Shown here in pieces: positions 33,106 to 41,921 of a stretch of 59,938 bases of DNA. Positions within the stretch are counted from its first letter, which is position 1. Every line of letters starts with the position of its first letter. The notes beneath the pieces are model-generated. The model saw only the letters and a program-made list of their open reading frames with translations. It was not told the origin of the DNA and did no database searches. Source of the DNA: Syntrophaceae bacterium (GTDB lineage Bacteria; Desulfobacterota; Syntrophia; Syntrophales; Smithellaceae); contig PLGI01000116.1 in assembly GCA_003139775.1 (NCBI GenBank), positions 1-59,938 on the forward strand. The letters run 5' to 3'. A program made the position numbers and the translations under genes.

Positions 33106-33498
33106 ATGGTTAAGGCAGTCAGAAAAACTGGCAAGAAAAAAGAGAAGAGAAATATTACCGAAGGGGTTGCACATATTCAATCCACTTTTAATAATACAAT
33201 TGTTACAATAACTGATTTAAGTGGTAATGTAATTGCATGGTCGTCATCCGGTTTACAGGGTTTTAAGGGGTCGCGTAAAAGTACTCCTTTTGCCGCACAA
33301 ATGGCTGCGGAAGATGTTGTGCGTAAAGCCAAGGAACAGGGAATGCGTAAGGTGCAAGTGTATATAAAAGGTCCCGGCGCCGGCAGAGAATCAGCATTGC
33401 GATCATTGCAGCTGGCCGGGCTTACTATTACGATGATCCGCGATGTGACGCCTGTTCCGCATAATGGGTGCAGGCCGCCGAAGCGTCGCAGAGTATAA
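33106..33498 (+). CDS. rpsK: 30S ribosomal protein S11
   Basis: 130 aa, [18 protein letters not shown]...[13 protein letters not shown]. Confidence 0.95.
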   Translation: MVKAVRKTGKKKEKRNITEGVAHIQSTFNNTIVTITDLSGNVIAWSSSGLQGFKGSRKSTPFAAQMAAEDVVRKAKEQGMRKVQVYIKGPGAGRESALRSLQLAGLTITMIRDVTPVPHNGCRPPKRRRV

Positions 33499-33545
33499 CA
33501 GAACAGTAAATTACGAATAATAATTGGAGAATAAGGGAGGCTTTT

Positions 33546-34175
33546 TTGGCAAGATATACAGATTCCTCATGTAGATTGTGTCGCCGTGAAGGATTAAAAC
33601 TCTTTTTTAAAGGCGACAGGTGCTATTCGGAAAAATGCTCCTTCGAGAGAAGGGATTATGTTCCGGGAGATCATGGTCAGGTGCATAAAAAACAACGTTC
33701 TGATTATGGTGTTCAGTTGCGAGAGAAGCAAAAGCTTAAAAGAATGTATGGTCTTTTGGAAAAGCAGTTCAGAGGCTATTTTGAAAAGGCCGATCAGCAA
33801 AAGGGCATTACAGGAGTAAATTTGCTTGTACTTCTGGAAAGAAGACTGGACAACATGATTTTCCGCATGGGATTTGCTAATTCCAGAGTGGAGGCAAGAC
33901 AATTAATTAGTCATGGACATTTTTTAGTTAATGACAAAGCGGTTAATATCCCATCATTTTTGCTTAAAGCAGGAGATGGAGTTAGCGTTAAGGAAGGCAG
34001 CCGTAAGATAACGCGTATAATGGGAGCAATTGAAACTGTAGCAAGACGTGGCGTGCCTCATTGGCTGGAATTGGATAAAGATAACTTTAAGGCCTCCATT
34101 AAAATGTTGCCGGTGCGGGAAGATTTAACCATGCCTGTGCAGGAACAATTGGTTGTAGAACTTTATTCGAAGTAA
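33546..34175 (+). CDS. rpsD: 30S ribosomal protein S4
   Basis: 209 aa, TTG start, ARYTDSSCRLCRREGLKLFFKGDRC. Confidence 0.95.
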   Translation: MARYTDSSCRLCRREGLKLFFKGDRCYSEKCSFERRDYVPGDHGQVHKKQRSDYGVQLREKQKLKRMYGLLEKQFRGYFEKADQQKGITGVNLLVLLERRLDNMIFRMGFANSRVEARQLISHGHFLVNDKAVNIPSFLLKAGDGVSVKEGSRKITRIMGAIETVARRGVPHWLELDKDNFKASIKMLPVREDLTMPVQEQLVVELYSK

Positions 34176-34220
34176 AAAATTAAATTATTTTCATAAACCA
34201 GCTAAAGGATGGGTTTAATT

Positions 34221-35189
34221 ATGCAGAGGAACTGGTCAAGTTTGATTCGTCCCAAACGTATAGATGTTGATGAAGCGACGCATGCGAATTTCTATGGAGA
34301 GTTTACCATTCAGCCCTTGGAAAGGGGTTTTGGTATAACATTAGGTAATGCGTTAAGAAGGGTGCTACTTTCTTCTATTCAAGGTACTGCTATTGTTTCA
34401 GCAAAGATCGATGGTGTATTGCACGAATTTTCAACTGTACCCGGAGTTAAAGAAGATGTAACAGATATTATTTTAAACTTAAAAGGTGTACGCTTTAAAT
34501 TGGGACAAGCGGACACAAAGGAAGTGAGCATTAATGTAGATCGCGCTGGAGCCATTACAGCCAACGATATTATCACTGATGGAACAATCGAGGTTTTAAA
34601 CCCCGATCATCATATTGCCACTCTATCAAGTGGATCTTTTAAGGCAAAATTGGTAGTAAAAATGGGCAAGGGATACCTTCCGGCGAAAAAAGAACTTGAA
34701 CCTGACCAGCCTAAAGGGACAATTAATATTGACGCCATTTTTTCACCGATTAAAAAAGTAAATTATGTCGTTTCTTATGCGCGAGTCGGTCAAATTGCCG
34801 ATTATGATAAGCTCACTCTCGAAGTTTGGACTGATGGCAGTGTAAAGCCGGAAGATGCCATTGCTTATTCCGCAAAAATAATGAAGCAGCAATTAGACGC
34901 ATTTATTAACTTTGAAGAAGTTGAGGAAGAAATTCTGCCGGAAAAAGAAGATGAACAGGAAAATGTAAATAAAGTCTTGCTGCGTTCAGTGGAAGATTTG
35001 GAACTTTCCGTGCGGTCGGCTAATTGTTTGAAGAATGCAGGTATTAACACTATTGGAGAGTTAGTAAAGAAGACAGAAGCGGAGATGCTCAAAACAAAGA
35101 ATTTTGGCCGCAAATCGTTAAGTGAAATCAAAGATATTCTTAATGAATACGGCTTTACTTTTGGAATGGATATTGATTCCGTAAAGTAA
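34221..35189 (+). CDS. rpoA: DNA-directed RNA polymerase subunit alpha
   Basis: MQRNWSSLIRPKRI...; the C-terminal domain has LELSVRSANCLKNAGI. I prefer the ATG at 34221 to 34209. Confidence 0.95.
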   Translation: MQRNWSSLIRPKRIDVDEATHANFYGEFTIQPLERGFGITLGNALRRVLLSSIQGTAIVSAKIDGVLHEFSTVPGVKEDVTDIILNLKGVRFKLGQADTKEVSINVDRAGAITANDIITDGTIEVLNPDHHIATLSSGSFKAKLVVKMGKGYLPAKKELEPDQPKGTINIDAIFSPIKKVNYVVSYARVGQIADYDKLTLEVWTDGSVKPEDAIAYSAKIMKQQLDAFINFEEVEEEILPEKEDEQENVNKVLLRSVEDLELSVRSANCLKNAGINTIGELVKKTEAEMLKTKNFGRKSLSEIKDILNEYGFTFGMDIDSVK

Positions 35190-35264
35190 AATAAAAAGAT
35201 TTACTAAATAATAGCGCAAATAGTTTTTTAGAATTTAACTGGTTAGGAAAGGAAGATATTAGCG

Positions 35265-35684
35265 ATGCATCATGGTAAGACTGGTAGTAAGCTAGGGAGA
35301 ACTTCTAGCCATAAGGAAGCCATGCTTCGTAATATGGTTACTTCTGTTATAAAATTTGAACGTATTCGTACTACAGATATGAAGGCAAAAGAACTGAGAA
35401 AAGTGGCGGATAAGATGATTACCTTAGGCAAAAAGGGCAGTTTACATGCTCGCCGTCAGGCCTTGTCTGTTGTCCGGGATAAATCATTAGTAAGTAAACT
35501 TTTTGGTGAGCTTACCGAACGCTACCGTAACCGTGCAGGCGGATACACGAGAATTATCAAGGTCGGGTATCGATTTGGTGACAACGCGCCTGTTTCCATT
35601 TTGGAATTTATTCCTGATGAGAAAAAGAAGGAAAAATCAAAGCCAAAGGTTAAAGCGAAAGCAAAAGAAAAGACAGCCGAATAG
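35265..35684 (+). CDS. rplQ: 50S ribosomal protein L17
   Basis: 139 aa, [24 protein letters not shown], with a Lys-rich tail. Confidence 0.94.
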   Translation: MHHGKTGSKLGRTSSHKEAMLRNMVTSVIKFERIRTTDMKAKELRKVADKMITLGKKGSLHARRQALSVVRDKSLVSKLFGELTERYRNRAGGYTRIIKVGYRFGDNAPVSILEFIPDEKKKEKSKPKVKAKAKEKTAE

Positions 35685-35712
35685 CTTGTCTATAAATTAG
35701 AAAATAAAAAAA

Positions 35713-35739
35713 GGCAGGGTTTTGACCCTGCCTTTTTTT
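35713..35739 (+). terminator. Rho-independent terminator after rplQ
   Basis: ggcagggt-tttg-accctgcc followed by TTTTTTT. Confidence 0.85.
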
Positions 35740-35774
35740 ATTGTTGTTTTTTCACATCAAAAAATGTATTTACA

Positions 35775-35880
35775 ATGACATAGTGAGACCCAAATTTCAG
35801 AAGCGGAGCGCACTGAAATTTTCAGGTCGAACTATCTCAGGAGCGAAGCGACTGGGGACTAGGAAGCACCGGTCACATTT
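35775..35880. repeat. Mosaic hairpin repeat patch
   Basis: gtgagacccaaatttcagaagcggagcgcactgaaatt...ctcaggaGCGAAGCgactgggg. It is collinear with 6179-6260 and 46016-46100. Confidence 0.8.
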
Positions 35881-35932
35881 CACACCAATTGAAGCATTAA
35901 TTTGCATATATAGTAATAAAGGAGGTTTGGTT

Positions 35933-36193
35933 ATGGCGGAAAAAAAGATTGGCGAAGTAATGAAGTATTTTTCGAAACCTTCTGTGGCTGCGGTAAAAAT
36001 AATAGAAGGAGAAGTAATTGTTGGCGACAGCATTAAATTCTCCGGCCACACTACGGACTTTATCGATGTTATCGAATCCATGGAAGTGGATAATAAATCC
36101 GTGCAAAAGGCTGTCGCCGGTGATTTCATCGGCGTCAAGGTTTCCGACCGCGTGCGGCCCGGAGATGAAGTATTTAAGGTAATACCGGATTAA
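35933..36193 (+). CDS. Small EF-Tu-domain-2-like beta-barrel protein (hypothetical)
   Basis: 86 aa from the ATG at 35933, preceded by AAAGGAGG. The track's 150-aa ORF N-terminus runs through the repeat patch. The pattern IGEV..YF.K..VA.VKI..G.V.VGD.I.F.G....F...ESMEVD...V..A..GD.IG.KV...VR.GD.V resembles the translation-factor domain II barrel. Confidence 0.55.
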   Translation: MAEKKIGEVMKYFSKPSVAAVKIIEGEVIVGDSIKFSGHTTDFIDVIESMEVDNKSVQKAVAGDFIGVKVSDRVRPGDEVFKVIPD

Positions 36194-36307
36194 TTTCCAT
36201 TCCACTTACGTGTCCCGGACTTTTGTGAATTTCTTTTACAACAAGTTAAAGGGAGGTTGCGCTTAAAATGCAACATTCAACACATCCTGCAAATGGTTTA
36301 AATTTTT

Positions 36308-37006
36308 ATGTCTAAAATTTTGATTGTAGATGACGAACAGGATATTGTGGAACTCCTCTCTTATAATCTGGAGAAAGAGGGGTTTTCTACAGTAAAAGCC
36401 TATGACGGAGAAGACGCCCTTGGGTTGGTCCATTCAGAAAAGCCGGACTTGATGATTCTCGATCTTATGCTGCCTAAAATGAATGGATTGGATGTTTGTA
36501 AAGCTATCCGGCGTAATCCGGAGACTGTAAATTTGCCAATCATTATGTTGACGGCGAAAGGCGATGAAATTGATAAAATAATCGGATTGGAAGTTGGAGC
36601 GGATGATTACATTACCAAGCCCTTTAGCATTAAAGAGCTTATTGCGCGGGTGAGAGCTGTATTGCGCCGTATGCATGATAATGATAATAAAACCGGCAAG
36701 GAAGAATTTAATTATAAAGAACTGGCAATAAATTACGCTTCCTGTCTGGTACAAATCAGTGGTAAACCGGTAACACTAAGCCCGACGGAGCTCAAACTTC
36801 TTTTCTTTTTTTCGCGCAATCCGGGCCGGGTCTATTCGAGAAGCCAGATTCTTGATCACGTCTGGGGTGATGACACTTTTATTACTGATCGTGCGGTTGA
36901 TGTGCACATCAGGCGTTTGCGCAGCCAGATTGAGAAGGATATGGAAAACCCGCAGTATATTTTGACTGTCAGGGGATTTGGTTATAAGTTTGCCGATAAA
37001 AAATAG
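36308..37006 (+). CDS. phoB: OmpR-family response regulator, PhoB-like
   Basis: 232 aa. It has a receiver domain (ILIVDDE...DLMILDLMLP...LTAK) plus a winged-helix domain (LSPTELKLL...RAVDVHIRRLR...RGFGYKF). It is adjacent to pstS, and the symbol is assigned by context. Confidence 0.75.
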   Translation: MSKILIVDDEQDIVELLSYNLEKEGFSTVKAYDGEDALGLVHSEKPDLMILDLMLPKMNGLDVCKAIRRNPETVNLPIIMLTAKGDEIDKIIGLEVGADDYITKPFSIKELIARVRAVLRRMHDNDNKTGKEEFNYKELAINYASCLVQISGKPVTLSPTELKLLFFFSRNPGRVYSRSQILDHVWGDDTFITDRAVDVHIRRLRSQIEKDMENPQYILTVRGFGYKFADKK

Positions 37007-37013
37007 CTTCCAA

Positions 37014-37069
37014 TTGTTATTACATTTTCACCTAACTGTCATCATATTGTAACATTTAACATGTAGATT
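37014..37069 (+). promoter_or_regulatory. Pho-box-like array plus -10 upstream of pstS
   Basis: Four 7-mers at exact 11-bp phasing: TTGTTAT(37014) taca TTTTCAC(37025) ctaa CTGTCAT(37036) cata TTGTAAC(37047). Ten nt later comes TAGATT (37064-37069). Confidence 0.6.
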
Positions 37070-37098
37070 ACTTAAAAATTTATTTGGAGGACAAGAAA

Positions 37099-37947
37099 AT
37101 GTTCAATATCGCAAGAAAAGCAGTTTTTGTACTGATAATATTTTGTTTGATAGCAGGTTCGGTGTTTGCCGCTGAATCAATTGTGATTAAAGGATCAACA
37201 ACGGTTTTGCCGATTGCTCAGGCAGCTTTGGAGGCCTACATGAAGGCCAATCCCGGGGTTCAGATTTCTTTATCTGGCGGTGGTTCCGGTGAAGGCATCA
37301 AAGCTTTACTTGATAAGACAACCGATATCGCCGATTCTTCGCGCGAAATTAAGAAAGAAGAAATTGAGTTGGCAGAAAAGAACGGTGTAAAGCCGCTTGC
37401 TCATGTTGTGGCTTACGACGCTATTATTCCTGTTGTTCATCCTAAAAACAAAGTAACCAACTTATCCATTGATCAGTTAAGCCAGATTTATCAGGGTAAA
37501 ATTACCAACTGGAAAGAAGTAGGCGGAGAAGATTTGAAGATTGTAGTCATTTCCCGCGATTCATCTTCCGGCACCTTTGAATCATGGGATCATTTCATTA
37601 TGAAAAAAGCCAGGGTTACCCCCCAGGCGCAGATGCTGGCTTCTAATGGCGCAATTGTTACCGCAGTTTCCAAAAATCGTTATGCCATCGGCTATCTCGG
37701 CATGGGTTATGTCAATAAAAGTTTAAAGCCTCTGCCGGTCGATGGGATTAAAGCTTCCGTGGAAACAGCTCTTTCTAAAGAATATCCATTATCCCGCGAA
37801 CTTTACATGTACACCAACGGTGAACCGACAGGCGAAGTGGCTAAATTTATCGCCTTTGTAAAATCTGCCGATGGGCAGAAAATAGTGGCCAAGGAAGGAT
37901 TTGTTCCTTTGGTGACATTAAAAAAGAGTAAGAGCGGTAAGAAATAA
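37099..37947 (+). CDS. pstS: Phosphate ABC transporter substrate-binding protein
   Basis: It has a signal peptide and the PBP motifs IKGSTTVLPIAQAA and SGGGSGEG. The ATG at 37099 follows GGAGGA. Confidence 0.88.
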   Translation: MFNIARKAVFVLIIFCLIAGSVFAAESIVIKGSTTVLPIAQAALEAYMKANPGVQISLSGGGSGEGIKALLDKTTDIADSSREIKKEEIELAEKNGVKPLAHVVAYDAIIPVVHPKNKVTNLSIDQLSQIYQGKITNWKEVGGEDLKIVVISRDSSSGTFESWDHFIMKKARVTPQAQMLASNGAIVTAVSKNRYAIGYLGMGYVNKSLKPLPVDGIKASVETALSKEYPLSRELYMYTNGEPTGEVAKFIAFVKSADGQKIVAKEGFVPLVTLKKSKSGKK

Positions 37948-37994
37948 AAACCCCTGCTTACTTTCGGAAGATTTTCGGAAAATGTATTCCGAGA

Positions 37995-38235
37995 AGAAAA
38001 GCGTTTTATTGTGAAACTCCAATTCCGAAAGCGAAACGTATAACCTAATAACCTGAAGGTCACGCGAGGTCACACGTTGGAATTGGTAAGTTGTAATGAG
38101 ACAAGCTGAAAACGAATGAAATGAAGTTTGAAGCGTTAGTCGAATTATCCCGCAAAGCGGAGGGTGCAATACCCCGCAGCTTGCTGCGAAATGTTTCCAA
38201 AGCTTGCTTTGGGGTTCATACCCGTGATTTATTTG
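37995..38235. repeat. Mosaic hairpin repeat patch (pstS-pstC spacer, part 1)
   Basis: gtgaaactCCAATTCCG...TTGGAATTGGtaagttgtaatgag (38011-38100) has a nested insert. It is followed by gaattatcccgcaaagcgg and accccgcagcttgctgcg...ccaaagcttgctttgg...acccgtgatt. The patch is collinear with 57891-58050. Confidence 0.85.
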
Positions 38236-38288
38236 CACCCATAATGCAGCCCGGTCGCAGATGGTTGAGGCGATATTAAATAAATTTT

Positions 38289-38332
38289 AAAGGGATCGGT
38301 ATACGGCGTTCAGCGCCGGTACCGATCCTGCG
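38289..38332 (+). other. Long imperfect hairpin in the pstS-pstC spacer
   Basis: ggatcggta...taccgatcc outer stem enclosing cggcg-ttcag-cgccg. Confidence 0.5.
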
Positions 38333-38393
38333 CAAATTGATCCTCTTGTTGTCTTGGTGATGAAATAAAAAATTGAATTGAAAAATAATTTGG

Positions 38394-38598
38394 TTAATCC
38401 TGCGGTTTGGAATATCCCGGCTTCAGCCGGGCGAGGAATGCGGTGCAACCTGCGGGAAGGTCGCGTTATCCTCTACTTCACGGGATAATTCGACCTGCAA
38501 GCTTCAGTCGTAGATGACCTTCAGGTTGTGCACTTTGTCTCTGAAGCTTTGGTCTCATTATTGTGGGGAACCTACGGCTCCTGCCGGTGGGGGCTCGA
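38394..38598. repeat. Mosaic hairpin repeat patch (pstS-pstC spacer, part 2)
   Basis: It aligns by eye over its whole length with the reverse complement of 44216-44489, starting ttaatcctgcgg.ttggaata.cccgg...ggaatgcgg and ending ...cctgccggtgggggctc. Confidence 0.8.
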
Positions 38599-38661
38599 CT
38601 ATTTGTATTTGCCCGCCAGTAATTATTTTAAAATTGGGCTTAAATTCTTAAGGGAAATATT

Positions 38662-39549
38662 ATGACCAGACAAACAAAAGAAATAATCATCAAGTATGTC
38701 TTTTTCACTTTTTCTCTGGTCTCTATTATTGTCCTGGGGTTGATTGTTTTTTCTCTCTTCCGGGAAGGCCTGCCGATATTCGGGAAAGTCTCTGTTAAAG
38801 ATTTTTTACTGGGAATGGAATGGTACCCGACTTCCGATCCGCCTTCATTTGGAATTTTTCCTTTGATAATTGGTTCGCTTATCGTAACGGTTCTGGCAAC
38901 GATTATTGCCGTGCCGCTGGGCGTTATGGCCGCTATTTATATTTCCGAAATCGCACCTCAGGCAATTAAGGAAATTCTCAAATCAGTCATTGAACTTTTG
39001 GCTGGATTACCTTCCGTTGTACTTGGCTTCTTCGGGATGGTGGTGGTAGCTCCCTGGCTGCAGGATACGTTTGATCTTCCCACCGGTTTAAACATCATCA
39101 ATGCATCCATGATTCTGGCCATTATGGCTATACCAACTATTTCCAGTCTTTCTGAGGATGCCTTGTATGCTGTACCCCGGGAGTTCAAAGAAGCGTCGTA
39201 CGCTCTGGGCGCCACTAAATTTGAGACCATTACGCGGGTGATCATTCCGTCGGCTCTGTCCGGTATTTCCACGGCTGTGATGCTGGGTATGGCGAGGGTC
39301 ATTGGCGAGACCATGGTTGTTTTGATGGTGGCCGGAGGCGCGGCCGCTATTCCCGGGAGCATTTTCGATTCGGTTCGCCCGATGCCCGCAAGCATTGCCG
39401 CAGAAATGGGAGAAGCGCCTTTTCGCAGCGCCCATTATCAGGCACTTTTCGCTATTGGCATCGTTTTATTTTTTCTTACACTCTTTTTTAATCTGGTTGC
39501 CGATTATGTTTCCCACAAATTCCGCCAAGTTGGGTCGGGGACTCTTTAG
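38662..39549 (+). CDS. pstC: Phosphate ABC transporter permease PstC
   Basis: 295 aa with 6 TM-like segments and the EAA-type loop EASYALGATKFETITRVIIPSA. Confidence 0.9.
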   Translation: MTRQTKEIIIKYVFFTFSLVSIIVLGLIVFSLFREGLPIFGKVSVKDFLLGMEWYPTSDPPSFGIFPLIIGSLIVTVLATIIAVPLGVMAAIYISEIAPQAIKEILKSVIELLAGLPSVVLGFFGMVVVAPWLQDTFDLPTGLNIINASMILAIMAIPTISSLSEDALYAVPREFKEASYALGATKFETITRVIIPSALSGISTAVMLGMARVIGETMVVLMVAGGAAAIPGSIFDSVRPMPASIAAEMGEAPFRSAHYQALFAIGIVLFFLTLFFNLVADYVSHKFRQVGSGTL

Positions 39550-40440
39550 ATGGAAGATATGATGAAGTCATTCAAAAATAATTCCATGAAGTGGCGCTAT
39601 TTTAAACAAACTCTTTTTTTCGGCGCTGTGCGTTTGTCAGCGTTGATCATCGCATTGGCTCTGGGTGGCATACTGTTTTATATTATTGTGAACGGCATTG
39701 GCGCAATCAGCTGGGATTTCATCACCAAGCCTCCTACGGATTCCATGACTAAGGGCGGCATTATGCCGGCAATTCTCGGTACAATCTATCTCACCATCGG
39801 CGCAATCGCCATTGGTTTGCCTCTGGGTATTGCGTCGGCTATCTATCTAACGGAATATGCCAAGCAGGGAAGAGTCATCCGTCTGATAAAAGTCGGGATT
39901 AATTGTCTGGCCGGTGTTCCTTCGGTTGTTTTTGGCTTATTCGGACTTGGTTTTTTCGTTATCTTTTTGAAATTCGGGTCGAGTATTTTATCCGGATCGC
40001 TCACTTTGGGATTTCTGATTCTGCCGACAATCATCGGCGCAGCGGAAGAAGCTCTAAAGGCCGTGCCGCAGACTTTCAGGGAAGCGTCACTATCATTGGG
40101 TGTTTCCAAGTGGCAGACCATTTATCGGATTGTTTTACCCAACGCGCTACCGGGAATTTTAACCGGTTCTATTTTAGGCATCGGCCGTGCCGCCGGAGAA
40201 ACAGCGCCGATTATGTTTACCGCCGCCGCGTATTTCACCGCCAAACTGCCCGGTTCTATTTTTGATGAAGTGATGGCTCTGCCTTATCATATTTATGTGC
40301 TGGCCACAGCCGGCACAAACATTGAGGCAACAAGGCCCATACAGTATGGAACAGTGCTTGTTTTGGTAGCGGTGGTTCTGAGTATAGATCTGATCGCGAT
40401 AATCATTCGCAGTTATATGAGAAAAAATAAAAGGTGGTAA
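39550..40440 (+). CDS. pstA: Phosphate ABC transporter permease PstA
   Basis: 296 aa with the loop [25 protein letters not shown]. It abuts pstC. Confidence 0.9.
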   Translation: MEDMMKSFKNNSMKWRYFKQTLFFGAVRLSALIIALALGGILFYIIVNGIGAISWDFITKPPTDSMTKGGIMPAILGTIYLTIGAIAIGLPLGIASAIYLTEYAKQGRVIRLIKVGINCLAGVPSVVFGLFGLGFFVIFLKFGSSILSGSLTLGFLILPTIIGAAEEALKAVPQTFREASLSLGVSKWQTIYRIVLPNALPGILTGSILGIGRAAGETAPIMFTAAAYFTAKLPGSIFDEVMALPYHIYVLATAGTNIEATRPIQYGTVLVLVAVVLSIDLIAIIIRSYMRKNKRW

Positions 40441-40442
40441 GA

Positions 40443-41201
40443 ATGGATTCCGATATTATTATTAAATTGAATAAAGTGAACTTTTATTATGGGCAGTCGC
40501 GCGCCTTGACGGATATAACTATGAACTTCAGGAAAAATAAAGTCTCCGCCCTGATCGGGCCTTCAGGGTGTGGCAAATCCACGCTGCTGCGGCTTTTAAA
40601 TCGAATGAACGACCTCATCGACGGAACAAGAATTGAAGGAGAGATATTTTTTGAAGAGAAGAATATCTACGCTAAGGATGTTGATCCGGTGGAAATACGC
40701 CGGAAGGTCGGCATGGTTTTTCAGAAACCCAATCCCTTTCCGAAAACAATTTATAATAATATTGCCTATGGCCCAAAACTGACATCAATGAACACAGATG
40801 ATCTTGATACCCTGGTCGAGCAAAGCCTCAAACAGGCTGTCTTGTGGGATGAAGTCAAGGATATTTTAAATAAATCCGCTATGAATCTTTCCGGCGGCCA
40901 GCAGCAGCGGCTCTGCATTGCCCGGGCGCTGGCGATGAAACCGGACATTTTATTAATGGATGAGCCGACTTCGGCGCTAGATCCAATTTCCACTGCCAAG
41001 ATAGAAGAATTGATTGAAGAGTTGAAAAAAAACTATACAATCATTATCGTAACGCATAATATGCAGCAGGCAGCGCGCATCTCCGATGAAACAGCATTCT
41101 TTTACCTGGGAAACATGGTTGAGTATAATAAGACGGAGAAAATATTTACCAATCCGGATGTAAAGCACACAGAAGAATATATAACAGGCAGGTTCGGATG
41201 A
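40443..41201 (+). CDS. pstB: Phosphate ABC transporter ATP-binding protein
   Basis: Walker [10 protein letters not shown], signature [14 protein letters not shown], Walker [13 protein letters not shown]. The ATG at 40443 follows AAGGTGG. Confidence 0.94.
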   Translation: MDSDIIIKLNKVNFYYGQSRALTDITMNFRKNKVSALIGPSGCGKSTLLRLLNRMNDLIDGTRIEGEIFFEEKNIYAKDVDPVEIRRKVGMVFQKPNPFPKTIYNNIAYGPKLTSMNTDDLDTLVEQSLKQAVLWDEVKDILNKSAMNLSGGQQQRLCIARALAMKPDILLMDEPTSALDPISTAKIEELIEELKKNYTIIIVTHNMQQAARISDETAFFYLGNMVEYNKTEKIFTNPDVKHTEEYITGRFG

Positions 41202-41222
41202 TATTCGATTGGAGGAATTACT

Positions 41223-41921
41223 ATGGAAGAAAGAAAACACACAAGTTCGCATTATGAAATGGAACTGCAGGAAATAAAAAATGGCCTCATTTACATTGGC
41301 GTTCTGACCGAAACGGCGATTCAAATGGCCATGAAATCTCTGACCGAAAGAGACTCGGATCTTGCCCATAAGGTCATTAAAGATGATGATGAAATTGATA
41401 CGCTTGATACTGACCTGGAAGAAAGATGCATTAAAATATTAGCTTTGAGGCAGCCGACTGCCATTGATTTAAGATTCATTACGACGGCGATAAAAATCAC
41501 CGGGCATTTGGAGAGAATCGGCGATATGGCCGCTAACATTGCCGAGAAGGCGATCCAGTTGAACGAAGAGCCTAAACTCAAACCATATATTGATTTGCCG
41601 CGCATGGCTGAACTTGTAGGAGAGATGATTAAAAAATCTCTGGATAGTTTTATCGGAAATGATTTGAACATGGCCGAAGAAGTCCGGCGGATGGAACAAG
41701 TCACCGACGATCTTAATGAACAGATTTTCCGCGAGCTTCTGACATTTATGATGGAGGATTCCAAAACGATTCACCGGTCTTTAATGATTATGCAGGTATC
41801 AAAAAATCTGGAGCGTATTGCCGATCATGCCAAGGGCATTGCCGATATGGTTACCTATATGGTTACCGGCGAAAGTGTGCGTCATCAATCTTGTGTCTCA
41901 GACGAAAAGGAGCCTGCGTGA
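41223..41921 (+). CDS. phoU: Phosphate signalling complex protein PhoU
   Basis: 232 aa with two PhoU repeats (ERIGDMAANIAE / ERIADHAKGIAD). Confidence 0.92.
   Translation: MEERKHTSSHYEMELQEIKNGLIYIGVLTETAIQMAMKSLTERDSDLAHKVIKDDDEIDTLDTDLEERCIKILALRQPTAIDLRFITTAIKITGHLERIGDMAANIAEKAIQLNEEPKLKPYIDLPRMAELVGEMIKKSLDSFIGNDLNMAEEVRRMEQVTDDLNEQIFRELLTFMMEDSKTIHRSLMIMQVSKNLERIADHAKGIADMVTYMVTGESVRHQSCVSDEKEPA

Noticed and set aside
36223-36240. TTGTGAA-tttc-TTTTACA as a Pho box upstream of the phoB-like gene
   Set aside because: It has the 11-bp phasing. However, no acceptable -10 lies at the expected 10-nt distance (the sequence there is GGGAGG). It is too weak to call.
38058-38073. AGGTCAcgcgAGGTCA direct repeat resembling a hormone-response-like half-site pair
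   Set aside because: It is just an internal duplication within the repeat sub-module, and there is no reason to infer a protein-binding site from resemblance alone.
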